Shown here in pieces: positions 23,264-37,200 of a stretch of DNA of 64,000 nucleotides. Position 1 is the stretch's first letter. Each line of letters starts with the position of its first letter. The notes below the pieces were generated by a model. That model ran no database searches. It worked only from the letters and a program-made list of their open reading frames with translations, and was not told the DNA's origin. This DNA comes from Tricharina praecox (taxonomy: Eukaryota), in the NCBI RefSeq assembly GCF_024521635.1, contig NW_026250407.1:930001-994000 (forward strand), given 5' to 3'. The translations under genes and the position numbers were made by a program.

Positions 23264-24532
23264 ATGGCACGGCTGAACATCCCGCCACTCACACGAACAT
23301 GTCTTCTCATCTGCACATGTCTATCGATCCTGACGGGAGCGCTGCGATACCGCGCTCGGATGAACGAACAATCGCAGTCAGACAGTTCCGGAGAGTCGGA
23401 AGGTCACGGCCAGTTCTTTACCGTGCCGTATTTGACCGTGGTACCTGCACTGTCGATCGTGTATCCGTGGACGTTCGTCACGAGTAGTCTAATAGAGACG
23501 AATGTGCGGAGAACACCTCCCCCCAGGTCGAGGAGTTAACTACGGACGTTCGCTGACGATGGAGGGTGGTGCATAGATCTTTACCTTGGCCATCACTTTG
23601 GCGACACTCTTCTACGGCGGGAAGTACCTGGAGCGTGCTTGGGGTTCCGCAGAGTTCGGGAAGTTCCTGCTGGTCGTGTCGATAGTACCCAACTTCCTGG
23701 CGTTCGTCGTCTACATCGCCTGGTTTGCCGTCACGGGGAACATTCTCAGATCGTAGCTCCCCCCGTTCCTCTTGCTCCTCTCCCGCTGACTCTCCCAGCT
23801 ACACGACAATATGCGGCGGCGTAGCCCTCCAAGCCGGCTTCCTGGTGGCGTTCAAGCAACTAGTCCCCGAGCACACAGTGACGCTGTTCAAAGGCATCGT
23901 CAAGATCCGCGTGAAGCACTTTCCGGCCATGTTCCTGCTGGTCAACACCCTCTCGGGTCCGATCTTTGGCACAGATGTGGCAGCGGTCCTCGCATGGCTG
24001 GGGTTCTTTTCGAGCTGGACCTACCTGCGGTTCTACAAGCGCTCGTTCCCAGACCTAGGAAGCAACCAAGCCCCATCGCTGAAGGGCGATGCGAGCGAGA
24101 TCTTCGCGATGTAAGCTAGCCCGCCACCTCCCACGCCTTCCCCACAGCTCTCCCACTAATAATGCCAACACCGCCAGCGCCTACTTCTTCCCGGACCCAT
24201 TGCACACGCCGATCGCGCTGCTCTCAAGCATAATCTACAACATCCTGCTCGCGCTGCACATCTGCACTCCCTTCTCTGCTGCGGACGTATCCGCGTCCAA
24301 CTCGCAAGCGCAAGCCCGCGACTCCGCCAACCTCTCCACGCTGCTGGGCCCGCACCCGGGCAGCGGCGGACGAGTCGGCAGTGCCCGTGCCGAGGCGGAG
24401 CGCAGAAGAGCGCTCGCCCTCAAGGCGCTGGATCAGCAGCTGCATGCCGCCGCGAATAAGAACTCCGGCTCTGGTGGTGGCGCACCGTCGGCGGTGTTGG
24501 GCGAGACGAGGCTGGATCATACCGACGCATAG
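23264..24532 (+). CDS. TMEM115/DUF1751 rhomboid-like Golgi membrane protein, 4 exons
   Basis: NIPPLTR, YPWTFVTSSLIETN|IFTL..GKYLERAWGSAEFGKF, FLVAFKQLVPEHTV, SWTYLRFY, GDASEIF..FFP, AEAERRRALALKALDQ. Confidence 0.9.
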
Positions 24533-24780
24533 TTGGAGGGATAGGGGGGATGCGGTGTAGATACTTGGGTGGGGGGATCATGAATTTTTGTGTCTTGTCT
24601 TGTAATGGGTTGGGTTGGGTCGGTGCGATGTTCTGTACATTTTTTCTTTCTTTTCCAATTCCGTTCTGTTTTATTTTTGGCGTATTTGGTTGCGGACGGG
24701 AATCTATCATAATACCCTCGAAGAGGATAGTGGGAGAGTGAGTACTCTAGGATGTGTGTTTTTCTTTAGAGATATTATGG

Positions 24781-24855
24781 GAAGAGAGAGTGTGTGTGTG
24801 AGAGAGAGAGTGTGTGTGTGTGAGAGAGAGAGTGTGTGTGTGTGAGAGAGAGAGA
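24781..24855. repeat. Compound (GA)n/(GT)n microsatellite
   Basis: Alternating AG and TG dinucleotide blocks. Confidence 0.9.
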
Positions 24856-25290
24856 TACCCCAAACAAACAGTTTCCATTACTTTGCAAAGGGGGATGATG
24901 ACGATGAAGATACATACACCTATGAACCAAAGTAAAAAACAAAGCCCTTTCCGTTTATGATAACCGACCGACGCAGCAACGCTCCAGCACATACTTATAG
25001 ACGAACGTATTTCCCAATAATCCGTCCACCTGCAGGCAAGCAAGCAAGCAGATCGGAACCCAAAAAAGAAAAGCAACAGAGACACAGAGTGACAGAGTGA
25101 CAGTGAAACACAAAAGAAGGAACCACATATAACCCTCCCAAAAACAACAACAACACTCAATCATCTCATCCCTTCCCACACGCCACACTCGTTGTATCTC
25201 TTTTTCTTCTTCTTCTTCTTCTTTCTTTCTTTCTTTCTTCTTTCTTTCTTCTTTTTTCTTTCGTTTTCTTCTTTGCACATTACATCCCAT

Positions 25291-26388
25291 CTATGACTCC
25301 TCGGCGGTCTGTCTCTTCTCCCAGTACGTGTTGAACTCCTTCTCGCAGCTCCGTCCGGGTTTCCAGCACTCGTGGAATAGTATTACAAAGTCCCCGTCCT
25401 CGTATGCACCGCCCGCTTGGGCAGCCGGCGTGTATGCGCCTAGCACCTTCTGCGGGATTAGTGCCAGCTTCGTCAAGATGGTCGGGTGCCATTGGACGAT
25501 ATGTTCCTATGTAGAAGTGCCGTTAGATTCGAAGACGTTTATAAACGCTTTTGGGGGGAGCATTGACGTGAGGCAAGGGGGGACGGGGAGAATGGAGGGG
25601 GGGTGAGGGGAGTGAGCGGTACCAAAGCATGTCTCTCCTTCTTCGCAAAGTTGTAAAACCTAAACATCGGGTCATACCAGGCATCGAGGAAGTAATTTGC
25701 CCAGGCTCCGCTCTTAATGATCATGCTCCCTGGCTGGAGGCCTTCCCTATCCTGCGTGAGAATGAACTGTATGCGCTCCGCGGGCACGTGGCGGTACGTC
25801 TTGATCACCGAGCTGGGCGGGACGATCGGTACGTCGCGCCGCATCAGCGAGCTGAGCCGGCCGAGAACGTGCTCCTCGAGGGATAGCGACGGGTTCATGA
25901 TGATCGCGTCCTGGTCGAGGTACCAGAAGTACTCAGAGTACTTGTAGGTCGCCATGGCGTGCCGGATCGCGGGCACCTTCGCCCACTCGCTGGATGCGCC
26001 GCCGCCGGGGTAGTCGGCCACGCTTTTGATGGAGAGACCGTAGCCTATGTCTGTCTATCAGCGGGGGAGTTGCTCCACGATGGGGGGTGGGAGGAAGGGG
26101 GTGCATACCGTGAGCCTTCGCATACTCCTGTCTGTTCGCCACGATCCTGTTGATATGTTCATTGGAGTGGTCGGTGCGATTGAGGACGAGCACCATGACG
26201 GTCCTTGGGGCATCGGTCGGCCGTCCATCGCCAGACAGGGTGCGCAGGAGCACGAACACGGCCACCAGGAAGACCACGAGAACGCATAGCGGCCGGTGCA
26301 GTCCTCGAGGGATATAGCTGCGCGATACCGAGTTCGTCAGGAACGGCGAAGACCGGTGGTTCCCCCGTGTCGGGAGCGCAAAGTGCAT
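25291..26388 (-). CDS. MNN11: Glycosyltransferase family 34 alpha-1,6-mannosyltransferase subunit (Mnn11-like), 3 exons
   Basis: MHFALP start, single TM helix, NRQEYAKAHG, WAKVPAIRHAM..YFWYLDQDAIIMNP, EHIVQWHPTILTKLALIPQ. Confidence 0.85.
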
Positions 26389-27369
26389 TTTCTATCAATC
26401 TTTCGGGGTTTCTTTTTTGCCGCGCGTGTGTGTGGATAGTAGATAGGAGAAGAACGAGTGTGGGGGGGGTGGGGGGAGGGCCGTTCGGCGGTGGGGCTGC
26501 TGGGCGGGCGGACGGGCGCAGCGGGCGAGCGGTCGGGCGGGTGAGTGCTGGAGCTGGTATCTTCCGGAGGTCGAGAAAGTAGATTAAGATTGCTTTAACG
26601 AGCTGACAGAGTCGCGGCGGGAAGGGGATGGGCTCGAAGCTTGGTAAAGTTTCACACTTGTTGAATTCCCCGATCGGGCTCCGTGGGTGCCAAGCCAGAG
26701 GTCCTTTCGAAGTCGGGAACGAGCGGATCTTCGAATATGGTAGGAAATACTCAAGTTAACACGGTCATGTAGTTCTCCTGCTTCTCTTTTTTTCTCAGCT
26801 CTCGGGGGGCAAGTGTCGAGTCGTGTCGAGTCGTCGAGTCTGGTATGTTAGCTTGAGACAATGCTGCCGTGCGGGAGGATCGATAGAATACATACTTTTT
26901 TTCTCAGCTCAAGTTTGAGTTGACACCTGGTAACATTGAACGCGCCTCGCTTATCGCGGCTACCACAGGGCTATATGCGCATCACAAGCTGTCACTCTTC
27001 TGTGCGGCCATTTCCCTGAGCCCTCGCGTTCCCGATTCGCGGGGTGAAGGCTGGTGTGTCCGGGCAGAGTAGGTAGTAATGGGAGTGTAGACCCGTCTGT
27101 CTGAATACAGTGGTAGGTAGAAAGAGAATACCTACCTGGATCAAGCACACCGTAGCACCCGATTATTTTTCCCATTGACGGACCGACACAAAAAACAAAA
27201 CTTGAAAGATCTCAACTTCAAGACGCTCCGCAAAGATGCCAGTTAGCCCTCGTTGCTCAAAGGGGATGTCGATTGTGGAGCCTGGCTGCTTTTTCCGTCA
27301 CTGGTTGGATCAATGTTATTGTTCCCGTATGTACCTAGGCTATGGTAGCAAAAAAACACATACACGTTG

Positions 27370-27441
27370 AGGTCCTACCCGGAGTCGAACCGGGATTGCC
27401 GGAATCAGAATCCGACGTGCTAACCATTACACTATAGAACC
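27370..27441 (-). tRNA. tRNA-Gln(CUG), intronless
   Basis: GGTTCTATAGTGTAATGGTTAGCACGTCGGATTCTGATTCCGGCAATCCCGGTTCGACTCCGGGTAGGACCT folds as a cloverleaf with anticodon CTG; A and B boxes present; T7 Pol III terminator ~13 nt downstream. Confidence 0.97.
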
Positions 27442-27961
27442 TGATGATCGGCCTGGTAAGATTAACATTTATATTCTGATTTCTATGCTGGCGTGAGAGT
27501 TTGTGAATGGCTTTGGTGTGGTGTGGGTCATGGCGCAGGTTTGTGGTGTTGGTTTCCGGTACCGATAGTATGGCGAGTAATCGCACGGATCAAGGGAATA
27601 TCCAGCTACATATGGGAATGAGATTCTTATATTCAGGAGCAAGTCTTTTACTATGTATGTAGCAAAACTCCGGGTCATGATCCTCCAATCTATAGGGGAA
27701 CGGCAAGGTATTATCAATACAAAAAAAAAGCCGTAAAGAACAGAAACAGATGGAAGACTTGAGAAAGCGAAACAAAAAAAGGGGGGAGATGGCATGGCAT
27801 CATAGGTAGAAGGTAAACTGGCCGTGTCGTTATCGTCATTAAATAAAAGAATAGGGTTGCCCGGCAAAAAGAAATCTCAACACACGAAAGGTAATGTATG
27901 TACACAAAGGAAAAAAACATTGGAAAGGTAAAGAAAGGTATGATATGTATAGTGGATGGAA

Positions 27962-29696
27962 TCATGGACACAAGGCTCGCCGTTGAACTTCTTGCTTGAC
28001 AGCGTAAACCGTGATGGTGGAGTCTTGCTCGGCGCGGCGTTGCTGCTTCTGCTGCTCTGATGTTGCGGGCGGCGAGTCGGCCGTGTCCTTTGATGCAGAC
28101 GGTAGGCCGTTGACGATGCTTAAAGCTGCCGCGACGTGCTCCAGGAGCATCTGTTTGATTTCCATTCTGCGCTGCTCGGCCTAGGGGAAAACAATGTCAG
28201 CCTCTAGATCGACACTAAACTCGCAGGGGGGGGGGGGGGGAGGATTTGTTTACCTGTTCCAGCTTTGACTCCCAGTCTTCGATGGCGGTGTCGAGGTCGG
28301 CCAGGGCCTCCTCCTGTCTCAACAGATTCTCCTGCGAGAATGCACCGCTGCGAGCCGTCCTCAGGTACGTGATCATCCTCGTGTGCAGTGCTCTCCGGCC
28401 CTGCCGCAGCGATGCCCTCGTGCTCCGGAGGTAGTCGCATCTAGAGTCGAGCTCGAGCAGCTCCTGCGACAGGACTCCGACGTCTTCCAGCGACAGCACA
28501 TTGAATTTCTCGCATTGTCGCATCGCCTTCCTCTGCAGCGATGCGATCTCGGCCTGTGGCAGCTGTGCCTGCGCCTCGGAAACTCGGACACTGTTGCTCC
28601 GGACACCCGACTTTGAGATGCTCCCTTTCCTCCGCTTGTGTCGCATCGCTCCGTTCTCGCCCACATCTTCCTCTTTCTTTGTTGTTGTGGGTGATTGTTT
28701 TGGGGAATCGCTGTGCTTCTTTGATCCCGCTGATTTCGATTCCACTGGTGGTTGCGTCCGCACCTTGGGCTTTCGCCCGGTGGGACTTTTCAGTTCATCC
28801 AGTAGGAATGTGGGCGGAGTTTGGAGTCCCTCGGTGGGGGAGGTCCGAGCAGACGAACCACGAGGTGGTCCCGAGACGGTTGTTTGCCGGCGCTGCCTTG
28901 GTGCCAGGGCTTCGGTATCGAGCAGGTCCCTCGACATAACACTTATGGGATCGCTGAATTGTCGTTTATGCTTCGTGTTGATCATGAGATGTTCCGGCAA
29001 GGTAGCTGGAGGGCCGGTTAGCCGATTGAAATCCCGTACAGAGGGGCTGTTTAGGAAAAGAAACTCACGGGAATCCAAGCACGGTGCCAGTATCCTGACG
29101 GCCTTGACTTGCGGTTCAACGTCGGCGACAGCGGCGGCGGCGATGGAGGCGGCGGCGTTGTTACCTTGGCGAAGGGACATCCACACGTCTCTGGCCTTTT
29201 GTTTCGCACTGACCAATCTTGAGGTTGGAGAACTCGGGCTCGAGGGTGAGATCCGTCCGTCCATCTCGGACAATGTTGCCATGAAACCTTTTGGAACAGC
29301 CTGCTTTGTGGGAGACGATGATTGCTCGGGCGTGGGAGAGCGGACAGTCCGGATCGCTGCAGCCGGAGAACTCCGCAGCTCGGAGAAGCTGGGGATCCTG
29401 CTCAGCGGGCTCCGATATCTCTGCGCACCCAATCAGTCAATGTGTCTTTTTTGGGCTCATGTTGCGGATGAAAAAGAGCTTACCGGTCTGTCCATAATCT
29501 TTTCCGACTGACGGCACCCAGCGGCGTCACAGTTCAAGGGAGGAAGAGCGATAGGCGATTTCTTCGGAGGGACCGGCGGTGGACGACCACTAGGCGGCGG
29601 ATACGGCGAGGGAGTCATATGCAGGTATACCGGCGATTCCGAACTCCTCTTTACCGACCGAGATTCCCCACGAACCCGCACTCTGGAAGACGCCAT
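27962..29696 (-). CDS. Up-regulated-during-septation (Uds1) domain protein, 3 exons
   Basis: C-terminal FNVLSLEDVGVLSQELLELDSRCDYLR..EEALADLDTAIEDWESKLEQ|AEQRRMEIKQMLLEHVAAAL fits the Uds1 domain; phase-0 GTAAGC..CAG intron joins ORF 29457..29696 to 28215..29432. Confidence 0.8.
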
Positions 29697-32600
29697 TTCT
29701 ATTTTTTTCCTTTCTTTTCTTCTTTCTTCCTCGTGTATTCGAATTCGGAGAGCGAGTATAGTAGATTAGGCTGGTGTTTTTTTCTGTATGGGTGAAGAGG
29801 ACCAGCTCTGTGAGGTGCAAATCCACAGGAAATGTCGAAGGAGGTTAAAGTGTGAGCTGTGATATCAACAGGTGCCTATCTCTCTCTGTCTATCTTCACA
29901 GCGGTGGGGGGGGAGCGGGTGGAGTAAGTACTCATAGGGATTCCACGGGCCCTGCTTCAGTGCAAGGTAGTACATACCCAGATACACACATACCCGGGCG
30001 AGGCCTGACGAACCACTCTAAGCGGAGGAGACGCACGCAAGCTTCCACCCCTGCCTGTGTTTCGTCAGATTTTAGACGATACCCCCCATAGAGTAGAGGG
30101 CGGTAGTTACAGACTGCTGGGCATGATAGCCCAATTGGGATTCGGTTACTATTGTGCTGCTGCTGCTGCTGCTGATGCTGCGGTTTCCACCATGTGCGAA
30201 AAACCAACACCAACCGACCGACTGCTAGCATCCCCGGCTGATTTCGTAGGGTAGGTGCTAGGTATACCATCTCTTTTGATTATTCGCGGGTTGGAGATCG
30301 TGGCTAAAAACAGGTTCGTGGACCAAGAGCAAGAACAATAACCAGAACCACTGCTACCTACCTGGGCATGCTGCTCTATACTCACGATCATATATGTGTA
30401 TGTAGCATAGGTATCCGCACATCGGCACATCCGTGTCGAGGCATCACATCAAAGCCAGTATCAAAGCCAGTATCAAAACATGCAGCATGTGCTGCTGCAT
30501 CGACGGACATGTGTTTGATCCGGAGGCCGGACGAGATGGCTATGCATCCGCCGCGAGGGCATGGCTCGTGGATAGGTAGCTGATCCGCGCACCAACGGAT
30601 GGATGGATGGTAGGATGGTAAGATTACGAGTATGTACCTGTGTAGTAACTAGACTTGCGGGGCAATCTGCTATACTATGATATCGTACCTATATCGTTGG
30701 CTGCAGCCGCACTGGTTGATCATTGCAGTAGGCAAACAAGCAGGCAGACAGACGGGCAGGCAGATCGTGCACTCCCTGCTGCACGATCAAACAGTGGGAA
30801 ACTAATAATTAGCATCTACATACGGTGGACGGCCAACAATCTAGCCGGAGTTTTGTCGGAAATTTCTGGTCCTGGCCTTGATCAGCTGGTCTGGTCTGGT
30901 CTAGTCTACCCGCCCGCCCAACAACAATACCACCCTTCTCTCCGCAAACACCGAGAGGTTGATTTTCCACGGAACACATACGCGAGAGCACGCTTGTGGG
31001 GTTGGTCAGGGTGCGGAGCGGAGCGGCCAGCTACGTACCAGATCATGGGAGCGAGGCGGGGGGTAAGCCCGTAGCCAATCTTCAATGGCGTCCTTTTGCC
31101 CTTGTCCAGGCTGATTGCTATAGTTGGTGGCTTCTTCAATTTCAACGGCTATCGTCTGGGTTGAGATAGGCCCCAGCTTGCGATTGGGCTGCAGCCCCGT
31201 CGTGGCTCAGCTCGTGCTCGACGAGGCGGCTGTCATGGGGTTGGGATCCCGGGGGGGACCAGGCGATAACTAACCGGTTGGCTTGTCCTCTATGGTATGT
31301 ACTCTAGTTGCGCTCGATCGGCTCGTTTCAAAGTTGATCGGTGATGGTATTGGATAGTTACATGGCGGCCCGCCCTGGAAGACGTACATACTATGTAGTA
31401 CATATCATGGGGCACTTCGCGTGTGGTCATGGAATGGTACTCGTCTTCACCCCCCGGCGCTCTGTGGGGATTGGTAGGCAAGGTCGGGTGTGTAAGCGGT
31501 CGTCATGGTCTGGACTGGACACTGGACAGGACTGGACAAGCTGCACGTGACAATGGATCGATGTTTCCCCCTCTCTCTCCCTTTCTTCCTCTCTCTTTTC
31601 CACCATGTGGTTTCCAGTACGTAGAGTACGAGGTACGTACGCAGGCTCCACTATCGTATCGGGCTCCCGAGTCCCCACCGTCGTCGCCTCATTCTCTCTC
31701 CACCCAGTTATCCTCGGAAGAAAAGCAAAGAAATCTATCCTCGACCACCTACTACGGTATTCTGCAGTCGCGATGTTTCAGACGCTGCAAGAACTGCAAG
31801 AACTGCAGGGCAGATTCACATGGCTTGGAAATATTGCGGCAAAAGTTCTAGCGTGGTTTGACGGGCTGTGTTTCGGATTTTGTAACCTCCTTCCCCCGGA
31901 GTGCCCTCGGAGTGCACATGAGACATGTACTGTACTCACGGTACTTGCCTCTTCCGCGGCTGTAATCACGAATGCGAATATGTACGTGCTCTACTCTACC
32001 GTGTCTGATGTATGTACCGTACTTCGCTGTGTATCACGGCCAGTGCAATGCTGCTTTTGCATTTCTAGAATTGTTTTTCCAGGACTGACCGACTGACGGA
32101 AAACAGTGCTAGGTACCTCTTACTTACATAATGTCAACGTCGGCCAGCCGGGTGCCTAAAGGCCAGGCAAGGCCCGGCACGGGGGGGGGGAAGCCCAGCG
32201 ACAGCGACAGCGAAAGCGAGCTCATCGATAAACAACCGTGAGGGAGAGTGTGTGTCGAGGATGTGTGTGAACCGAAGCTGCCACGTTCCCTCCCCACCCC
32301 CTCATCCTCCCTTCCCCGCCGTAAGCGACTGCGATTCTGCTTCGGCTAAGCAATAGTTACTCTACTTAGTGCCCAGGATGATATATCTGAATACATGCGA
32401 TATATTAGGTGTGCACTTACTTGTGTACTTGGGCACGGAAAACCACACTGGTTTCTCAGGTGACGTGCTGCTGCTTGGCGTATAACACGGTATGAGGCAT
32501 GTACTGTACACACCTACAAAACTACTGAACGCCGGCAGTGAGCCTCTCTGACATCGCATCTCCCGACCGGTGCGATAAGAGCAGAGGAGAGCAGAACAGA

Positions 32601-34205
32601 ACAGAAGAGACGAGTGCGGGGAACCGCAATCAACATCCGGCGGCCGCCCGAAATATTGTCGCAGTATCTATGCGGTTCCCACCTGGGCAGCATCGAGGAT
32701 TTTTCGGAACAGGAACTGGAATTGTCCGAACACGGGGACCGAACGGGGATTTTATTTTCCCACGGAGATTTGAACCTCCCGGACGATTGCTTTGTTCCTG
32801 GAAGAGATGTTGGATGAGCATGGACGGGCGGGCGGTGAGACTTTGGTCAATCCTCCGTTCCCGAGCGCACTGCGCTCGGGGGATGTATGTAACCGGAAGG
32901 AAGCCTGAATGTAGAGTATGCTCCTATTTCCCGCCAGGATGATAAGGAAGTGAGTACTTCCTTACTTACCTTTGGTTATCCTGATCCGTGTGCAGCGCAT
33001 GGCATGGCCCCCAAACGGCGGAGGGGAGGGGCCATGGGAAATTCCCGTTCTCTAGAGTAGGACTCAGCTCAACCCAGCTCAACCCAACTCAACTCAACTT
33101 GGATCAAACCCGCGCCCCCCATGTGGCCGCAACGCTCGTACATCCTACGTACACACCATACCGTACTCTGTCTGATACACCCTCTCGGAATCATACCTAT
33201 CTGGCCTCTATGTACCTATTCTCCTAAAATCGATGTTCAGTCCACGCATCGGATATTTTCCGGCTTTCCCTTGGATGTGCGTCATCGCCGCCATCATCTC
33301 CGTGTCTCGCGGCTTACCCGTTCAACTTGGGATTCATAGCAATCCCGGCGGCGGTGTTCAGAGGTCCCACTTTGCCGTATCTAAGTGCCTATCGCTGCCT
33401 ACCGACGTCAATTCCCTTCGGCAGCCGAGGACTACTCAGGAAAGAAGGCTGAAGCGCACCGCTCACGAGTCACAAGTGTGTTGTTGGTCTTGTGCTTCCA
33501 AGTAGTAGATAACCAACGCACATGCCAGGTACTCTACATACCGAGAATCTATGTACCGCAGCAGCGATGTCCCTTGTATGCTGTGGTGGCGAGTGTCTTA
33601 CATGAACCGAGTGCTCTAGAGCAACTAGAGGACCTACTCATATGTACCCCGCAAACCACCACCACCACCACCAACACCAGCACGAAGCAAGGAAGGAAGG
33701 AAGGTAGCAGGGCATGGCAGCGGTGATTGCGGCGGCTAACTACTAGGCGGGCAGCAAGCGCATGGCCCGCCCTAGACTCTCCAGGCACGCAGACCACACC
33801 CGTGGCCGCAGCGGTGTTTGTTTCCACATTGGCCATGGTGGAAGTTGTGGCGAAGACGGAGAGCCTGAGGAGGAGCGGCAGAACGGCGAAATGACCCTGT
33901 CTTACCGGCACTTCGACAGGGACATGGTCGTCGTGATGGTCTCGCGCGCTCGGACGGAGGTACATATCTAGGATTCTAGGTATCGCCTCGCTCGCTCGCT
34001 CGCTAGAGCCATCCACGCAGATTATCTATGTACGAATACTGTACTTGTGGTCAGCTGCACACTGCATCCAGCTGCGCGATCCGAGGCAGACATGATCATG
34101 CCCATTCCCCTCATCTTCCGATTGCTTGTATGTGCGTATCTACGTGCGTGCATGGCAGATTACCAGCACTTAGGCGAGCACATGGCGAAGGAGGTGGGTG
34201 GGTGG

Positions 34206-34236
<31 letters not shown>

Positions 34237-37200
34237 CTCTACATAGCAGTCGTCGTCGTCGTCGGCTTGGAGTGGGGTGGGTGCAGACCGCAGGTACATA
34301 CTCTGCATATCTACATCATACTTTCTTGGGTACTCACGTACCATCTATCGCACACTTGCACTCGGCAGCCCCACGGCCCCATGGGGTTTATGCGGAGGTG
34401 CTGCAGACTGCAGTTGCTGCGCGTGCAATGATAGAGTGCCAAGCGCCAGATGCTTCTGCGAGCCGCGGTGTTGGACTTTAGTTAGATATGGATTCCTGGA
34501 GAGCTGTAACTCATGTAACTCATGTACGATGGCTGTCGACTTGTCCGGGCGTCCATCCAATCGGTAGCCAGGATGGATCAACCAACCACTCTAACTAAAC
34601 TGACAACCTAAGCCAGAACGGTGGCTCGCCACGGCCAGAGGGTTGACAGAAAACGCGCGCTAGTCGTGTGGGGGCTTCTGGTCCGAGGATGGGAACCTTG
34701 CGCCGCAATATCGAACCTTGCACCGTCATTAGGATCTTCCGGGGAGGGCAGAGTGGTCGTGTATGTAGTAGTGGGGGATCGGTATGAGTTTCCCGGCCGT
34801 ACCGGCCCCACTACTTCCATTATTGCCTATGCTACCTATGCTACGAGCTCTCCGCTTTTCGTTCTTGGAGTGTGGCAGGCGCATCTAGAGTACCTGTCTA
34901 GGTATTATCTATACCTCCGCTTCCACAGATCTCTCCGCCTCTCCGCCTCTTCGTATCAAACTACCTACCCAGCTATGTAACATGCTCTGGGAATCCGTTG
35001 CGCACCATCAAGCGTCGTAACGAAGAAACCGTGGGCATCACATAACTACTCCCGTTGGGGAACCACCGCCCGTTCGGCCGATCGGGTACAAGCTCCCCCG
35101 CACTTTGACCGGACCTCTGCTTCAATTCGAGTTCCTTGCTGGTGAAACGGAACACAGTTCGTCACTCGAATCCCACGTTTTTTTGTCCGGTTGGACCCGC
35201 CTAGATGCGTACATACGAGTATGGGCCCATGTATGTACAGGAAATCAACGTGGATATCAGCGGCTGGAGTATCAAGCCTCACGGAGCAAGGCTGCCTATC
35301 GCCGATCTCGTCCGAGGAACTGCGAGCTCTCGAACACGCCTCCCTCCGGCTAGAGCATTGCTGTGCTACATACTCGGACTTCGGAGTCACTCCCTTTCCA
35401 TCCCCTCCCTCCACCGCTGCACGCCCCAGTCTCCGTGCCGCGGCGCAAAGAGCATGCTACAATGTACATACAGATCATCGGACATCAAACCGGAAGCAGT
35501 GAAGCGACGACCTCAAGCTGCCTAGCTACCGGCCATATGTACCAAGAATTCCAAAGCCCTTAGATCTCCCTCCCATCATCATCAAACTTCAAACGACACG
35601 TACATACAGAGCTTAGAATAGGTATGTAGGTAGGTACGGGCGCCCTTGCAATCATCAAACTTCAAATGGCACGGCACGACAGGTACATACCCGGTGAGGA
35701 CACCCACGTACCTAAGGTAGTAGTAGTGCTTATGGTAATAGGTATATGTACTTTCGCCCCCCCTCCCCCTCTCCCCCCTGTAGCCGTTGCGTTCCGTCCG
35801 TACTCGAGAACCATCAGCTACAAAGTTTGCAACACCGATCACCGATGGCCGGGAGAGCTATCGGTAAATTACCTGGTCCAGGTCCAGGAAGATCACCTGA
35901 TCTCCAAATCATACCGCCATACCCCCAGACTCCCAGAGAATGTCTCAAAGATCGTCCGCTTCCCGCTTCCCGCTTCCCGCTCCGGCCCCGGCTTAGAATC
36001 TAGATGGCTTTCGCTTCTTGGATGCCTTGCACGGGATGGAAACGCCTTGCACGGTCTACCTAGATAGTAGAAACAAAAACTGCCCCCACGCCTGACTACC
36101 ACCACCACAAAATATCCGTAGCAGTGACCCCAACATAACACGATAACAGCCCAGGCCCAGTAGTAACACTACTGCTTCGCAGCGGCGGCAGGAAAGCGGA
36201 CAGACAGACATGCCTACTCCACCTTGGCGGTGCTACCATTTCGATTCGATTCGATTCGAAGGCAGCAGCCTCAGCCTCAGCCTTCACAGGCCGGGGTACC
36301 CTTTTGGAGGTATCATGTATGTACCTTTGTAGGTAGTCCACCGGCGTCGTTTCAACTTTAGGAACGCCTAGTATGTACTTACATACATACAGTTGGTGGT
36401 TACAGACTAGTTATCGGCGAGAATTGATGCCGACCATGGAATCGTGGTACCGCCGTACCGCCGTACCGGTATGTAGCGGTAGCCCTTGTGCTGATTGATT
36501 ACGAGCTTGGCAGAGAAATGAACCAGGTGGTTCAGGTGGATCGGGTGGAGCAGGTGGATTAGGTGGACCAGTTGGACCAGGTGAGCCAGAGGTAACAAGT
36601 TGAACCCCCCAGTTTCGTGCTGGGTAGTTACCTGATGTATGTAAGTAGGCAGTCCGTGGAGAGAACTTGATTAAGGTGCCGGTTCGGTTGGTTCGGTTGG
36701 TTCAGTGCGGTTTCGGCCTGCCTGGAGTTGATCCAGTTCCAACTTGCAACTTCCAACTTCCAACTTTCAACTATAGTCTATTGAAGGGTCTGGGATCCGG
36801 ATGTGACGGGTTTCTGCGCTGGAATGTTGCACGTAGACATACCTACGTACCTAGAACCTAGGTATTTCTGGAGATCACCCCATCCGCCTCCTTCAACCTT
36901 GATTCTTGAGGACGACTCAACCGCTCTTTAAGAACACCTAGTACCGGTGCCTACGTGACATCGCAACTGACTGGCCTCAGTTACATACCACCACACCACA
37001 GAGCATCAGCAGATGTCTATGGTCTGAATGACAATGGCAATGGCAATGGCAATGGCTATCACTGGCTATGAGCGGCAAAGTTCGGCCTCGAATCCAACGA
37101 GTTTCAACCCGTTGCCCGTTACCATTTCGCTGCCATTTCGCCGCCATTTCGCTGCCATAGGCCCATATCCCAAGATCTACCATACCATAGTCTGTACCGC

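Noticed and set aside
27370..27441. tRNA-Gln as an amber suppressor for the deaminase UAG
   Set aside because: The anticodon is a normal CTG, not CTA, and the gene is 23 kb away; no link is evident
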